DNA of 62,302 nucleotides, filler included, from Collodictyon triciliatum (taxonomy: Eukaryota), in the NCBI GenBank assembly GCA_043381765.1. It is 5 parts of 5 records of this genome, joined end to end, with 100 filler letters (N's around TTAATTAATTAA, not from the genome) between each part and the next. Parts side by side here need not be neighbours in the genome. Positions count along the whole stretch, not along the records: positions 13,632 to 27,161 come from JBHJMP010001973.1; positions 27,262 to 37,246 come from JBHJMP010001975.1; 3 more parts are not named here. One strand, written 5' to 3'. Below are positions 18,791 to 32,100 of this stretch, piece after piece. The position numbers and the translations under genes are program-made. Positions within the stretch are counted from its first letter, which is position 1. Each line of letters starts with the position of its first letter. Below the pieces are notes generated by a model. It was not told the DNA's origin. It made no database searches and saw only the letters and a list, made by a program, of their open reading frames with translations.

Positions 18791-19244
18791 CTATCATTTC
18801 CAGATGTATGAAACGCCAATGAAATTATTGGAATCTGTTTCTTGTATTGTTCCCACCCACCAGCCGAGCTCATTCAGCCAAAAGCGAGCGTCACAGAAAT
18901 AAAATGACACGGAAGAGAAAAGAAAAAACATGACACCACCGCAGATAATATGTAGAGTGCAAGGAAGGAAGAAAGAAAACAGCAAACAAAAGCAGCATCG
19001 CTATAAAGACTGCGCCCACGAACAAGGCGAATGCTTTTCTCCTCTCGACATATCTTTACGCAGCTGGAAGCTCTGTGTTTGTAGCTGTGTTGATCGATAG
19101 GCCTCCCCCCTAAAGAAAAAAAAAGTAAAAGTAAAAGTAAAAGTAAAAGGAATATGATTAATCAAGCATCTGACAAACCCAAACAACTCTGGTTGCTTTA
19201 CACTGTGCAACAGGGCGAAAAGCAGAAGGATAGCAAAGCAGGAA

Positions 19245-22200
19245 ATGTTCTTTCGCAAAAACAGTGTGGACGGCATCAGTCCAAACGCTTCTCCGATTTC
19301 ATCCCCGGTGCGTCGATCGCCGTCGATAGTCTCTTCAAACGCATCGAGTCCCGAACGTTCTGGTAGTGTTGGAGACGGGGCTAAGAGCCAACAGAATGTA
19401 CCCTCTGCAGATGTGAGTCGACTCGCTTTGCTTTATGATATAATCTATGCTTATATTTATGTTTTCATCTGGCAATATTTTCTTTCTCCCAAACCAGTGC
19501 CTGTGCTTATGGATGCACATGCATTATCTCTAGCAAATTACAGAAATCACAGAGGATGTTCTGCGAAAAATGCTCAAGGGAAAAGATCCAAAGACTGCTC
19601 GGCATCCGGTCGATCTTGTGATGAGTGGTCCTGCTTTCTCACTCGAGACAATCGACCCTGTCTTCAGTATCGTACCACTAAAAGCCCTGAGCTCAATGGA
19701 TATATCGTTCGTTTTATATATATATATATTGGTATTATTGCGATTAAACCCCTTTCATATCACAAACCCTGTATCCTTTACAGTTTAAAACGATAAGGCA
19801 TATCAACTAAACGCGGTTATATTTGTTCAATTTCGAATAGAAATAACCGCATCAGATCGCTAGTGATTGATAATAGGGATTGCTTACTCAAGTACATCAC
19901 TGCAAGTAACAACCAGATATCAGTTTTGAAACTTGAACTGCCACACCTCCTTGAGCTGGACTTAAGTCAAAACAATGTATTTATGAACACTTATTTTCAA
20001 AAAAAAAATTGTCCAAAAATTAAGTGTCTAATCTGATGACGAACATCACATGCTTCATCTGATACGCAGATTTATCAGTTAATTAATTCATATAGCTCAC
20101 CGAAATCGTTGATGTGCGGTTACCGGAGCTATTGACTCTTAACTTGCGGCAAAATAAGCTGACGCATGTATCATCCATTTTGATGTATTTGACAAAACTA
20201 AAGAAACTAGATATATCTGAAAATGGAGCACGATTTTCAAATGCAGAATTCACGCAGGTAACAGTAATAATAACTGGATCGCTACCGGCAAAAAAAAAAA
20301 AATCACATTTTAGCATCTATTTTTTAATCTACATTATATTCTAAACTGTACTTTTTTTTTTTGATAGTTTGTTCAAGCGATCGCCCAACTAAAAAATTTG
20401 AGTGAAATATATATCGAAGGGAATGACTTTTTCGAACTAGAAATCGATTACAGAGTCATTTTTGCCCGATTTTGCCAAAAACTGAAGGCAAGAAAAATAT
20501 CATGTCTTATTCAGTTATAATCTTGTCTATATTGTCGTTTACCCCTTATTGTAAAAGATAATTTAATATCTCAAATCACATTAACCCAAGTAACTCGATA
20601 CCCCTTTGGTAGACAATCGACGGCCGTCCAATAACGCAAGAGGAACGAAGATATGCAAAGAAATTCCTTGCGCAGTCATCCGTCCTATCCACTGCTGAGC
20701 TGTATCAAACCATCTCTGTTGCTGGTTCAGAGATTTCAAGAAGGTAGCCCTACACATCGCGTCAAATTATCTTGTGTACAAGTTGAAAGCAATCATCAAG
20801 TAGCCAACGTTGCAAGAAATTACTTTTCGTCTCCATTTATCTTTATCTTTTTCTTTATCTTTTTCTTTATCTTTTTCTTTATCTTTTTCTTTATCTTTTT
20901 CTTTATCTTTTTCTTTATCTTTTTCTTTATCTTTTTCTTTTTCTTTATCTTTATCTTTTTCTTTATCTTTTTCTTTATCTTTATCTTTTTCTTTATCTTT
21001 TTCTTTATCTTTTTCTTTATCTTTTTCTTTATCTTTTTCTTTATCTTTATCTTTTTCTTTATCTTTTTCTTTATCTTTATCTTTATCTTTTTCTTTATCT
21101 TTTTCTTTATCTTTTTCTTTATCTTTTTCTTTATCTTTTTCTTTATCTTTTTCTTTATCTTTTTCCCTGAGAAATAATGTTCAAATATAGGCCTTCGATA
21201 GCAGAGTCGGCAAAGACTGGGTTTACCTTCTTGGGTCGCAAAGCATCTGCGGGCACGTTTGCACCATCTTATGCAGAGTCTGTTGGAGATGCCATGGCAG
21301 AGGATAAAATCGAAACACTACAGTTCCAATCACTATATTCGATTTTTGATGAAATCGTTGCTTTGGGTCAGACATCCGAAGTGATCATTCAAAAACTTTG
21401 TGAATTCGAGGTGGCGTATGACCATCACTTATTTCCTTTTCGATATTTTATTATCATTTCTTTATCTTGATTGATATAGGACTAATTTCCTGTTTATTTA
21501 TTGAATCGCGCTTTTGCTTACTCTCTTGCAGGGAATGCTAATTAAATATCCTGTTGATGTCGAGATGCAAAATCCCCCAGCCGATGAACTCTCTCAGAAG
21601 ATAAAAACGATGTATGAGCGTTTATTCAAATACCACGAAGAAAACACCGACGACCGTTTATTGCGGTGTATTATTCGCTTCACATGTCTCCTTCACAACC
21701 ACGACATACTACCAAATACTATTGTCGATGAGTTTCATTCGCGCTTCATTCTCTACGGCCCTTCATTTGACAAGTCGATTGAAGAAGTCATAACTCATTC
21801 TCTATTGGTACGAAATAGTATATCCCTTATAATAGCTGTTGACCGTATCATTTATAAAACATTTTGAGCCTGTAATAAAAAAATTTTGTTTTTAACTACG
21901 TCACCTTAATTTTACTATGTTCTTTTTTTTAAAAAAAAAAAAAAAAAGAGTGTTGAGGTCACAAATGACGGAAAGTACAAATTAATGCGCCTGTTGGATG
22001 ATATTTCCTACGATGGGAGCATAGCCTCGGGCTTGAAGCCAATCGCAACCAAGATATGGGCAGATATGTCTGATGTCACCTTGGCATATCCTTTGGCATT
22101 TCTTAGTTTGGTCATAGGAGAACGTGATGCAGTGGAGCAGATTGGGATTCAAAGTCTCTTGGACAAATTGATCGAATTAAACCTCCAAAAAACGTGTGTA

Positions 22201-25200
22201 CTATTTTCATACCTCACAATATTCTAAACTAAATCAAATTTCATGAATGTTTCCATAGGGAAATGCCTTTTAATAGAATAAAATATTTTTAATTTCTTGT
22301 TATTTTCTCTTTTATTCCCTCTCGAATTGACATAAATCTATATTTTTTATTTTTGGTCTTCAATAGACTACCTGGTGAATACCAATCTCCATACATTCTC
22401 ATTACCCTTGCATATGGTTGCCAGTTCTACTCTGAGTTTTACGAAAGGTGTAGAGCAGAAATCACTATATCAAGTGTGATTACGCAACTAGAGCAATACA
22501 TTACCTCGCCATTATCAACTATCACAGGGGAATCCAAGCTCCAGTTGGTATCTCTCATCGAACTTGCGATTGGTTTGATTGGTGGAGTAACGGACTCTTC
22601 ATTGGGTCTTTCTGTTCGATCAGATGCTGAAGTTTCTTCAGAACACTATGCCAAATTGAACATATTCTTGAGCAAGGTAAAAAAAAACCATCCCAAAAAT
22701 ATGATGATCCTTGAAACATTATGATTCTTGTACTTAGGACTCCGCATTAATTGTGATATAAATTGGAATATCTTAGGGAATAGGTTCGATCATGAACGAT
22801 ACTCTTTCAATTCATTTTGTAAGACTCTTCAAGTGTCTCCTTGTGCATTGCTTGAGGAAACATCGAGCAGATGACATAGTCATGAACTTTTCGACTGTTG
22901 TAACAAGTATTAGAGATCCCAGAGCAGTTTCTGTGCGGAACAGAGCGGGCTCTCTTTTTTACAGCAACTTGATATCCTTCCTTGTAAGTCCATAAAGTAA
23001 AACAAAACAACTCTGTACTTAATAATTGTCCTGTAATTCCCTATTAGATCTTCGTTCACAATAACAAAGAGGATTTCATGAAAAAATTTTCTCAATCGGG
23101 GTCTATGGAGAACATCCCAACTGATATTTGGGGGGCTCTCTCGTCTCTTTTGTTGGTGGGAGATCGATATTTGCAGAGTCGAATTCTGGAAAACATGCTT
23201 TCTTTGGCACAGAAGAATCCAGCGTAAAGAAAATAATAAAATACATCTTTTTTTTATTAACGCATTCATCATCTATCCGGTCATAATTGCTTATCTTGCT
23301 GGTTTTATTTCTTCTTGAGCACAGTACAATTTCATGCATGCATCATAGGGCGATGACTCCCGAAGCCATGGATAGAATTATATCAATATATCGGTCCTTC
23401 AACTCATTTGCCAAGTCAGATGTGATACTGATTCATATTTTGGGGATCTTGAGTGTCGCCAGCAATCGAGGTGGCCCACATTTACTTAATTTTCATTTTA
23501 AATTTCATTTCAGTGCACCTATTATCTTTAAAAATATGGAAATTAAAGTAAATGCACCCCTAATATAAACGATAGCCCCAAAATCAATTGAACACCGCAC
23601 TGATTTGATTTCAACAACATACAAATTATTTGATTGGAACTGGAGGACTCAAAAACGGTCCCACAACTCTATTACAATCAGGTATGCTCATTTACTCACT
23701 ATTATATTGGATGAAGCAGACCATTATTTTTTTTAAAAGAAAAAAGTCTGGGGAGTCAGATATATTCAGATAAGGAGAATAATTATTTATTTCTAGGGAT
23801 ATGTGCATCGATGTTATAAATGCAACTTATAACATATATCCATCATCTCTGACGATACCTGCCTTGGCTGATATAACGGAAATGGCCCAAAACATGTTTG
23901 TTAAGGAAGAAAAAGATGAGTCCAATTTTTTCCCTTCTTTTATTGAGCACACAACACCGATAGGATTGAATGTAGAGGTACTGATTATTTTGGAGTTATA
24001 ATTGAAGCATCGAGTCTTCCACAGTTATTTCAGTTTAATTACAATTATTATTCCAAAAAGAATATTCACTTGACGACTCGATTGTTTTCTTCTCCAAGTT
24101 TCTTATCAGAGCATTTGACACTGCCGAGCCCAGTGGCAATCTAATGTGGAGAGTGATTCGACAACTCGCATTCTGCATAGATGATAGACTGAGTAAGTTA
24201 AAACCAATGCTTAAATTGTTTGACAACCACTTCAATATGTTTATCCATTCATCCATTATATTAATATCATTAGTTAATTATTGAACATAATGCTCTGTAT
24301 ACACAGAACCCGATGCTTACTTTGGCGATAGTGACTCTATATCCGTAAATATTAGTCTGATGAGCAATCAGGGTCAGTCCATAGTAAATTAAATTCCGTG
24401 ATGGTGTTTTCCTTTTGATTGATACAATAATGAAGTATAATTAAATCATTAGAATTGATCATAGCCTTCGTCATTACTCAGACTTCTCATTTTTAATAAA
24501 AGCATACATGTGATAATATATCAGATGGACTAGAACCAAAGAGAAGGGAACGCCAAGCGCGTTTGTATGAGTCTGGAATCAGCTCTAAACTCATCGAGCG
24601 CATTCTAACTGGCGGAAATCGTACTAAAGCTCGAAACCTAATGGATTTGATTTCTCAAAATACTGAAGAAATCGCTCGTGTGAGACAGAAGGAAGAGGAT
24701 GATAAGAACCCATTATTGGCTCTCGACAAAAACCATGGTGCACCGGTATATGTGGATGAACAGCTAGAGCTTTCGAATGCTGAGCGGACGGCAAGGCAGA
24801 AACTGATGCGTTGCTTCGATAATGATGATGTATATGGACATTATTTTCCTTTCGATATGCCTGTTTTTTCGAAGCATGACGATACCATTGAGAAATATCG
24901 GATCGATTTCATTTATTTTTTTCTGTTGTGGGAGTAATTTATTTTAAATAATAAAGTCTAATTTAAATTCAATGGACGCAGGAAAAAGAAGAGAAAGTAG
25001 AAGATTTGGCTGATGTTTCAAAGCGCAAGACCATGGCAGGATACAAGTCAATGCACCATACACATTTGTCAAACAGAGAAAATTTATTATCGGAGTGCTT
25101 ATCGTATCTCCTACGACTGCTTTGGTACAGCTCTGATACTCAAAAGGTATCCTTTTCTTTTCTTTTTCTTTTACTTATGTATTTTTCCTGTTGAACACCA

Positions 25201-27050
25201 CTTACATCCACAAATTTAAAGGAACATCTGACAACTGTATGTATTTTCTGAAATTAGTATAGATTATAGCAGAGATATCTTGTTTCATAAGCGAAAAAAA
25301 AATAAGTGTCTAATATTTTTGTTTCATTCTTTCAGAAAGACATAAGGAACCGTCTTCGCTCTGAGCTGGGCACGATAGAGGGTCTTGTTGGAGAGACCTT
25401 AGGCTGCGACTTTATGATTAACAACATAGGTGCTATGCTGTTTGCACTCCTTGGTATGTTTCAAGATATGTGACTTTTTTGTATTTCTTCATCCCAGTAA
25501 TTCATGTTCGGATTGTTTTATAGATGTTTCTCATTTCATCCCAAACACCTGAGACTCATCTTTTTTCTAAAAAAAAAAAAAACACAAAATATTATAATAT
25601 TAATATGTAAACTCCAGAGGAGGTTCTGCATTATGAGTATACCGCAGAAGAATGTAATGTCATCGTAAACATGATGGATGTGGCGATGCAAGCAAGCGAG
25701 GTTAATCAGTGCTTTCTTAAAATCCTTAATCTGTCGGTTAACGCCCTCACATTTTTTTAGAGTTATTTCAAAAAAAAATGTTCAAAATCTTTTTGTTTCC
25801 TTTGGTGATGACTAATATATATGTAGAGAATTACAAAAAAGTTCCACGGCCAGTTAGGCGAGAATGAGTCACTGACGCCTCAGCAACATTTACTTCTTGT
25901 TCATTTGTCTGCTCTTGGGCGTTCAGTCAGCAAACAACTCGCTTTGATTTCGTATAATGGAGATAGTCCATACCTGAACAAGTACTTCCGTGAAAAGGTC
26001 TTTGAGAGACTCTTTCCTGTGGCCAACATGAACCGACTAATTCAGCTTTTATATTACGATCAAAAATGCGCTGAGTTGTCAGAACGGTCGAAGACGAAAA
26101 GTCTCATAGTACACTCCAGTATCGTTGAAATCCTTGGCGAGCATCTTATTGTTTATGACTATCTTGAGTATGAAATATTGGAGTACATCAACAGACTGGA
26201 GGTCTATATTTATCAAATTAGATAAATTGGTGGTTTTTTATTATGTCTGATACCTCAGTTTCTACTTCTTTTTTTTTTTTTACTTCTTTTATTTCCTCTA
26301 ATAACTATGTTAAAAATATGAAAGGTTCAAAAAAGAACGACACTGCGTCCTTCTAGTTTGAACGGACTTCTTTCGTCGCAGCGCGATTTGCGCTATTACT
26401 ATGGATTGATTCGGTATTTGGCTCAGAATGAGCGACAAGACTTTAATTCCAAGGAGAAACTCATCCTTCAAACACGTGTATCTATGTATTACCCGGAAGA
26501 AAAGGTTCTTGTCAGTGGTTTCATATTTCTTGTATTATAATCCCTTAGAACGAAATGGAATGATTTATAATGCAGCGAAATAAAATAAATTGATATTTAC
26601 AGCCTTTCATTGTCGTAATTGGGAAAAACAAGCTCTATTTTCTGCGGAAATCGATGCAACCACCGTGCCCAGGTTGTCCACCAGAGGAGTTCTGTCCCGC
26701 TGGACCTGCCCTTGTTTACAAGATTGCGTACGAAGATATCGCAAGCCTATCTATATGCTACGATATGCGTCGTGTGGTCGTTTGCGGTGGTCGCCAAACT
26801 TTCATATTTGCATGCCCTACAAAAGAAAGCTCCTACCAGATTTTGATGCTGATTCGCCAGGCTGTGTTGGAAGCTCGGGGGGCAGACTTGGAGGTTCACC
26901 AAGATTTGCATATTCGACCAGCACTACCTTCACTCTTCCATACAAAGGATGAACGAATCATTCTTTGCTCTGCCCTAACGAAGGTATTTTGTTCATCAAA
27001 TCATGGATGTCAACGTGCAGAGTATTTTTTATAAGGGATACCTTGCCAGA
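19245..27050 (+). CDS. Large multi-exon protein with N-terminal SDS22-like LRRs and LRRcap, long helical middle, possible PH-like C-terminal region; 3' truncated by the contig end
   Basis: LELDLSQNN, LTLNLRQNKL, LKKLDISEN, LSEIYIEGNDFF..DYRVIFARFCQKLK|TIDGRPITQEER (LRRcap). More than 25 GT-AG exons with continuous protein-like composition. Confidence 0.72.
20835..21165 (+). repeat. Intronic compound repeat (TTTTTCTTTATC)n / (TTTATC)n
   Basis: Read directly. It produces the FFIF/SLSF pseudo-ORFs. Confidence 0.9.
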
Positions 27051-27161
27051 GAATCTAAAATACTCTTTTCTTTTTTCTTTTTTCTTTTTTCTTTTTTCTT
27101 TTTTCTTTTTTCTTTTTTCTTTTTTCTTTTTTCTTTTTTCTTTTTTCTTTTTTCTTTTTTC

Positions 27162-27261
27162 NNNNNNNNNNNNNNNNNNNNNNNNNNNNNNNNNNNNNNN
27201 NNNNNTTAATTAATTAANNNNNNNNNNNNNNNNNNNNNNNNNNNNNNNNNNNNNNNNNNNN
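27162..27261. other. Artificial contig spacer
   Basis: N44-TTAATTAATTAA-N44. Confidence 0.97.
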
Positions 27262-29129
27262 GTATAGTAATTTGTGGTGTTTGTAAATGTTGAGCTGGTG
27301 GGGAAGAAGGCAATTTTGGAAGTTTTTTTTAAAAAAAAAAAAGTAAAAACCCCCCCCCCCCCCCCCCATGCGCACACACACATATGATTTTATTATTTAA
27401 ACCGCACCAATTTTACCATTAACAATAGTATATGTAAATCCTATTGTCATTGAATGTTATCGAGGGAGAAAAAAACTAAGGGATACAAGATTACCTATGA
27501 AACTAGTTACATTCGGACGGATGGGGAATCCCTATGGATTTATACTACTTTTTTCTTTTAAGTTTTTTCGTCACTGCTATCCTGCATAACAATATTGATC
27601 CAGTAAATACGGAAAAATCTGTTATGAAATTACAAGGAGACAAAATCTCTGTGACTATGTCCTCAAAGGCGTAGACGTGCACAACTCCACCCAGCACGAA
27701 TGGGTATGTTTTTGAAAAGAGATAACATTGATTAGTTAGTTATATCTCATAATATCAATACTATTAAATAACATGACTTATGCCTTAAAAGAACAACCCT
27801 TTCAAAAAGGAAGAAATAATGACATTTATTCGACTTTTTAAACACTCATATATTTTTATTTGATGGAGGTGCAATCGGAAGTCTACCTGGCTGAAGCGGA
27901 TTATTTTTTTTTTTACTGTTATATAATCTTCATATAAATGCACCCGAGTCATATACAGGTCAGTAAGGCAAGAAAGGTTGGCACTAATTAATATATTAAC
28001 TTTTTTGCTCACATTTTACTAAACTGACACATATTTCATGAAAAAAAAATACAATCAGCAAATGACAGTAATTATTACTAAGAAACCATGCTTCGTTTCA
28101 TACATTCTTAATTTTCTGCTACAAATAATCAATTAATAACAATTTATTTTCTGTAAATGGATAAAGCATGCATGATGTTTTCTAGTGCATTAGAAATAAA
28201 GTAACATGCATATTAAGACAGAACGCAAATATGTTATGCCATCGAGCGCATATATGATTTTGAATCACTATTACTTTATGCAAATTGAAAAAAAAAACCA
28301 CAGAACCTACATTAGAAAACATTTTTGCAGACTTTTTCTCACAACGAATCATAAATTGAATGAATTATCCTTCTTACCTGTGATTTTTGAGAGATGATGT
28401 AATTATAAGGAATTTTTGATTAAAGAGTCATTTCATAGTAGGATAAAAACTCAATCGTTTCCCTTATTTTTCATTATTTCTCTCCATTTGTGTATTTTTT
28501 GTAAAAATGAAACTTAAGAATAATTACCAGCAACAAACCAAATAAAACATGCAGGGCTAAAGTTGCTTACACACAAAATGATACAAATTTGGAGAACTAA
28601 CAAATGAATTTTAATTTTCTCTTGATCAATAGCATCGATTTTCAGATATATTTGCGCAAAGAGTCAATAAAAAAAAGTAAATTTTAATCGGGAAATCCTT
28701 ACAAAAGGCCAGGGCGTATTACTGAGGATTGAAATATGAACAAATATTATAAATCTCATGGAACTAAGATCAAACACATATAGAGTTATGTCTGCAATTA
28801 AGAGACCTTTTTTGCTTTTCAGTGGAATTGCAACAAGGTTTTTAAAAATGAATATTTTAATATCACTAATTTTTTGAAACACCTGTATCATGTATGTTTC
28901 CCTACGATATTTTTGATTTCGTATATATATAGAATATTTTAAATATTTATTATCTTTTCCAAACTATAACGTTTCAGGTGGACATACAGAAAAGAAAAAG
29001 ACCTTTTAAAAAAGAAAATTGCACGAAAAATAAGCATTCACTCTCAAAAACAAAGTTTTGAATGGTTAGCTACACCATAATCATCATTTCGAGACATGCA
29101 CAAATTATGCGAATTTTTTTCAAATCAAT

Positions 29130-32100
29130 GGAATTCAATGCCAATATTTAAAAATCAGGATTACGGTGGCATTTATTGGAGTTTTTCTGATGATATCATC
29201 GGGCAAGGCACATTCAATTACCAGGTAATCACATTTGATATTTAACCCTTTGATTTTCCTGATTAACGATTTCCATGAAATTTAGATGTGAGCATAGTAA
29301 AGAAGATTTGCGCTCGATGGATTTGAAAGAGGCCTTTCAAATATTACTTCGATTTTATCAGGATTCTTGTTATTCAAGTCTAGATGATGAATTTGAATAC
29401 CATCACTCACATGTAATGACAAATTCAAATACTGTTGATTACATAAAGAATGATCAAGTCTATTTGGATATGAATCTCTCAAACAATATTTTTTTGCAGG
29501 ATGTCTTTTACTCAGATTATATTTCAGTAAGTATACGAGACATGTATAAAGAGATTAAGAGGGAAAATGATGATATCCTGTTTAAAACACTCGCGCAATT
29601 TTACGACAAACTTGGCGGTGATGGTTGGTTCTTCAATTTTGGATGGAAAGATAAGGATGTGCCGATTTGTAAATGGTACGGAGTTGAATGTAATTCGGAA
29701 TGCACCGACGAAGAAAATTGGGCACATGTATGAAAAATTCATTCTAAAATAATCTTTATCATTTATTGCATCATCATAATCAAATTTCCCATTCCATGTT
29801 TTTTTATTCATTAATTGATAGGGTCAAATGTGCCCTGTAATTGGCTTGTCGATGTCCTTCAATAATATTCAAGGCGACATTGGGGAGACTGACCTTTTGG
29901 CTGGAAGCCTTCCAACTCTTAGATTTTTGGGTTTGGAAGGCAATCATCTGACTGGTAATTTTATTTTTTGAAAAATTCCTTTAAGTCATCCGGTCTCAAG
30001 ACTTCGATGATGTAACAGGAACATTCCCAGAATGCCACAACGCTCCAGTACTCGAATATTTGTGGCTGGGATCCAACCAACTGAGAGGTGATTTATAAAC
30101 TCTTTCATCGGTATAAATTTATAAGAACTATTTCATATCACAATTTAAAATACAAGGAACTGTTCCCGAATTTCAATACACCCCAATTCTCAAAGACTTG
30201 AGGTCAGGCGACAACCATCTAAGCGGTGATTTTTAAAATTATTCTATTAATTATACAAAACATCTTCGGGCTAAATATTGATAAAATAATAGGGACTTTA
30301 CCAGAATTCAGATATACTTCGATGCTTTATTATTTGGACTTAACAGCGAATCAGTTGAGAGGCAATTTTTTTCATTTTTGTAGATACTTGATTTGATTAA
30401 GGATTTATTTTCATTAATTTAAAATATTTCTTTATTCGATTTAAAGTTATTAATTCAAAAATAAAACGGGAAATGTTCCAGAATTTCCATTAACAAAATT
30501 GCCTCCAAGTATTATATTTGGCATTCAACCATCTAAGTGGAAATTTTATGAATTTTTATTGGTGATATTGATTCATATACATTAGTTTATAGCTAAATTG
30601 ACAACAATTACAGGAACATCTCCAGAATTTCAATTCACTCCGAGGCTCCAAAAGTTGTACCTGGCATATAACCTTCTAGAAGGTGTTTTTTTTTTTTAAA
30701 AAAAAGGTGCATCTTATTTGAAAATTGCGTATATCAACCTCTGTTAAAATCATAGGGGCTACCCATGAATTTCAATACACACCAGAACTTCAAGAATTGA
30801 TTTTGAGAGGAAACCAGCTAACCGGTTCTTTTTATTATTTTGTGCTAATTTGCTACACGGACACGTTCATTTCTTATCATCTAAATACATCTGAAAAAAA
30901 AGGAACAGCTCCAGAGTTTCAACTTACGCCAATTCTCAAAGTATTAGGCTTGGGAAACAACAAGCTGAGCGGTAAGTGTTATTGTTGGTTCACTGGGAAA
31001 ATTCGATACATATCAAACCGTTCTAAAAATTATAGGAACAGTTCCGGAATTTCGATTTACTCCTATTCTTCAATCATTATCATTGGACAATAACCAACTT
31101 CAAGGTAAGTAAAAATTTATATATTTGTCATTAATAAATAATGAAAACAAGTAGGAACCAAGATCTTCATAAATCGTAGGAAAGGTCCCAGATTTCCAAT
31201 ATACTTCTCTACTCCAACTATTGTGGATGGCAACTAACCAGTTAGATGGTAATTTCGATACTTTCGTAGCATTTTGCATTTAATTAAAGTATATTCTACA
31301 TTTTAGGAACTGTTCCGAAATTTAGCGGGTTAAAAAATATCATAGAAATGATAATTTCATCAAACAAATTAAGCGGTTTGTTGTATTTTATGATCTTTTC
31401 TGGAAAACCCATTAAATTAGAGTCGTATTTAGGAACGATACCGGATTTCAGAGACTCTAATAATATCGAGATTTTGGTTCTTGTTGATAATCATTTAAGT
31501 GGTGAGCAGAAAAATTTGGAGATATACAAACATTTTTGTTAAAAAAAATAATATGAATTTTATTAGGTCAAATTCCCGCCTTTCATAATTGTTTGAAGTT
31601 AGAACAAATTTGGTTATTCAAAAATCATCTGAATCAATCCTTTCCCTCACTCAATTTGCCATTATTGAAGATCCTTGATGTTAGCTTAAATCGAATTACT
31701 GGCACTATACCCAAAGACTGGATTTCTCCGTTAATCGAACTATTGGACTTATCGAATAATCAAATGAACGGGACCATACCAATCACTTTTGAGAAGCTTG
31801 ACAAACTGAAATCAGTAACCCTTTCCAACAATCGCTTCCATGGAAGTATGCCTACTATGTTATGGAATCTTCCTAATCTCATATCCATAGACTTGAGAAA
31901 TAATTCATTCTCAGGAGATGTCAATTTATTTATATCACCCTGGAGCGCACATGACAAGTATAATTACAATTACGAGACACTGATTCTAGATAACAACTAT
32001 CTTCACGGGGAGCTTAACTACAAAATTTTTGATCGTGTGACCAATGCGAGGACAATTAGTCTAAAGAACAATATGATATCGAAATTGGGCGACTTGGGAT

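Noticed and set aside
30019-31501. Regularly spaced repeats resembling a CRISPR array (also 44463-45319 and 55350-56692)
   Set aside because: The repeats are protein-coding exons with AG/GT edges and codon-level divergence. The spacers are introns, and there are no cas genes.
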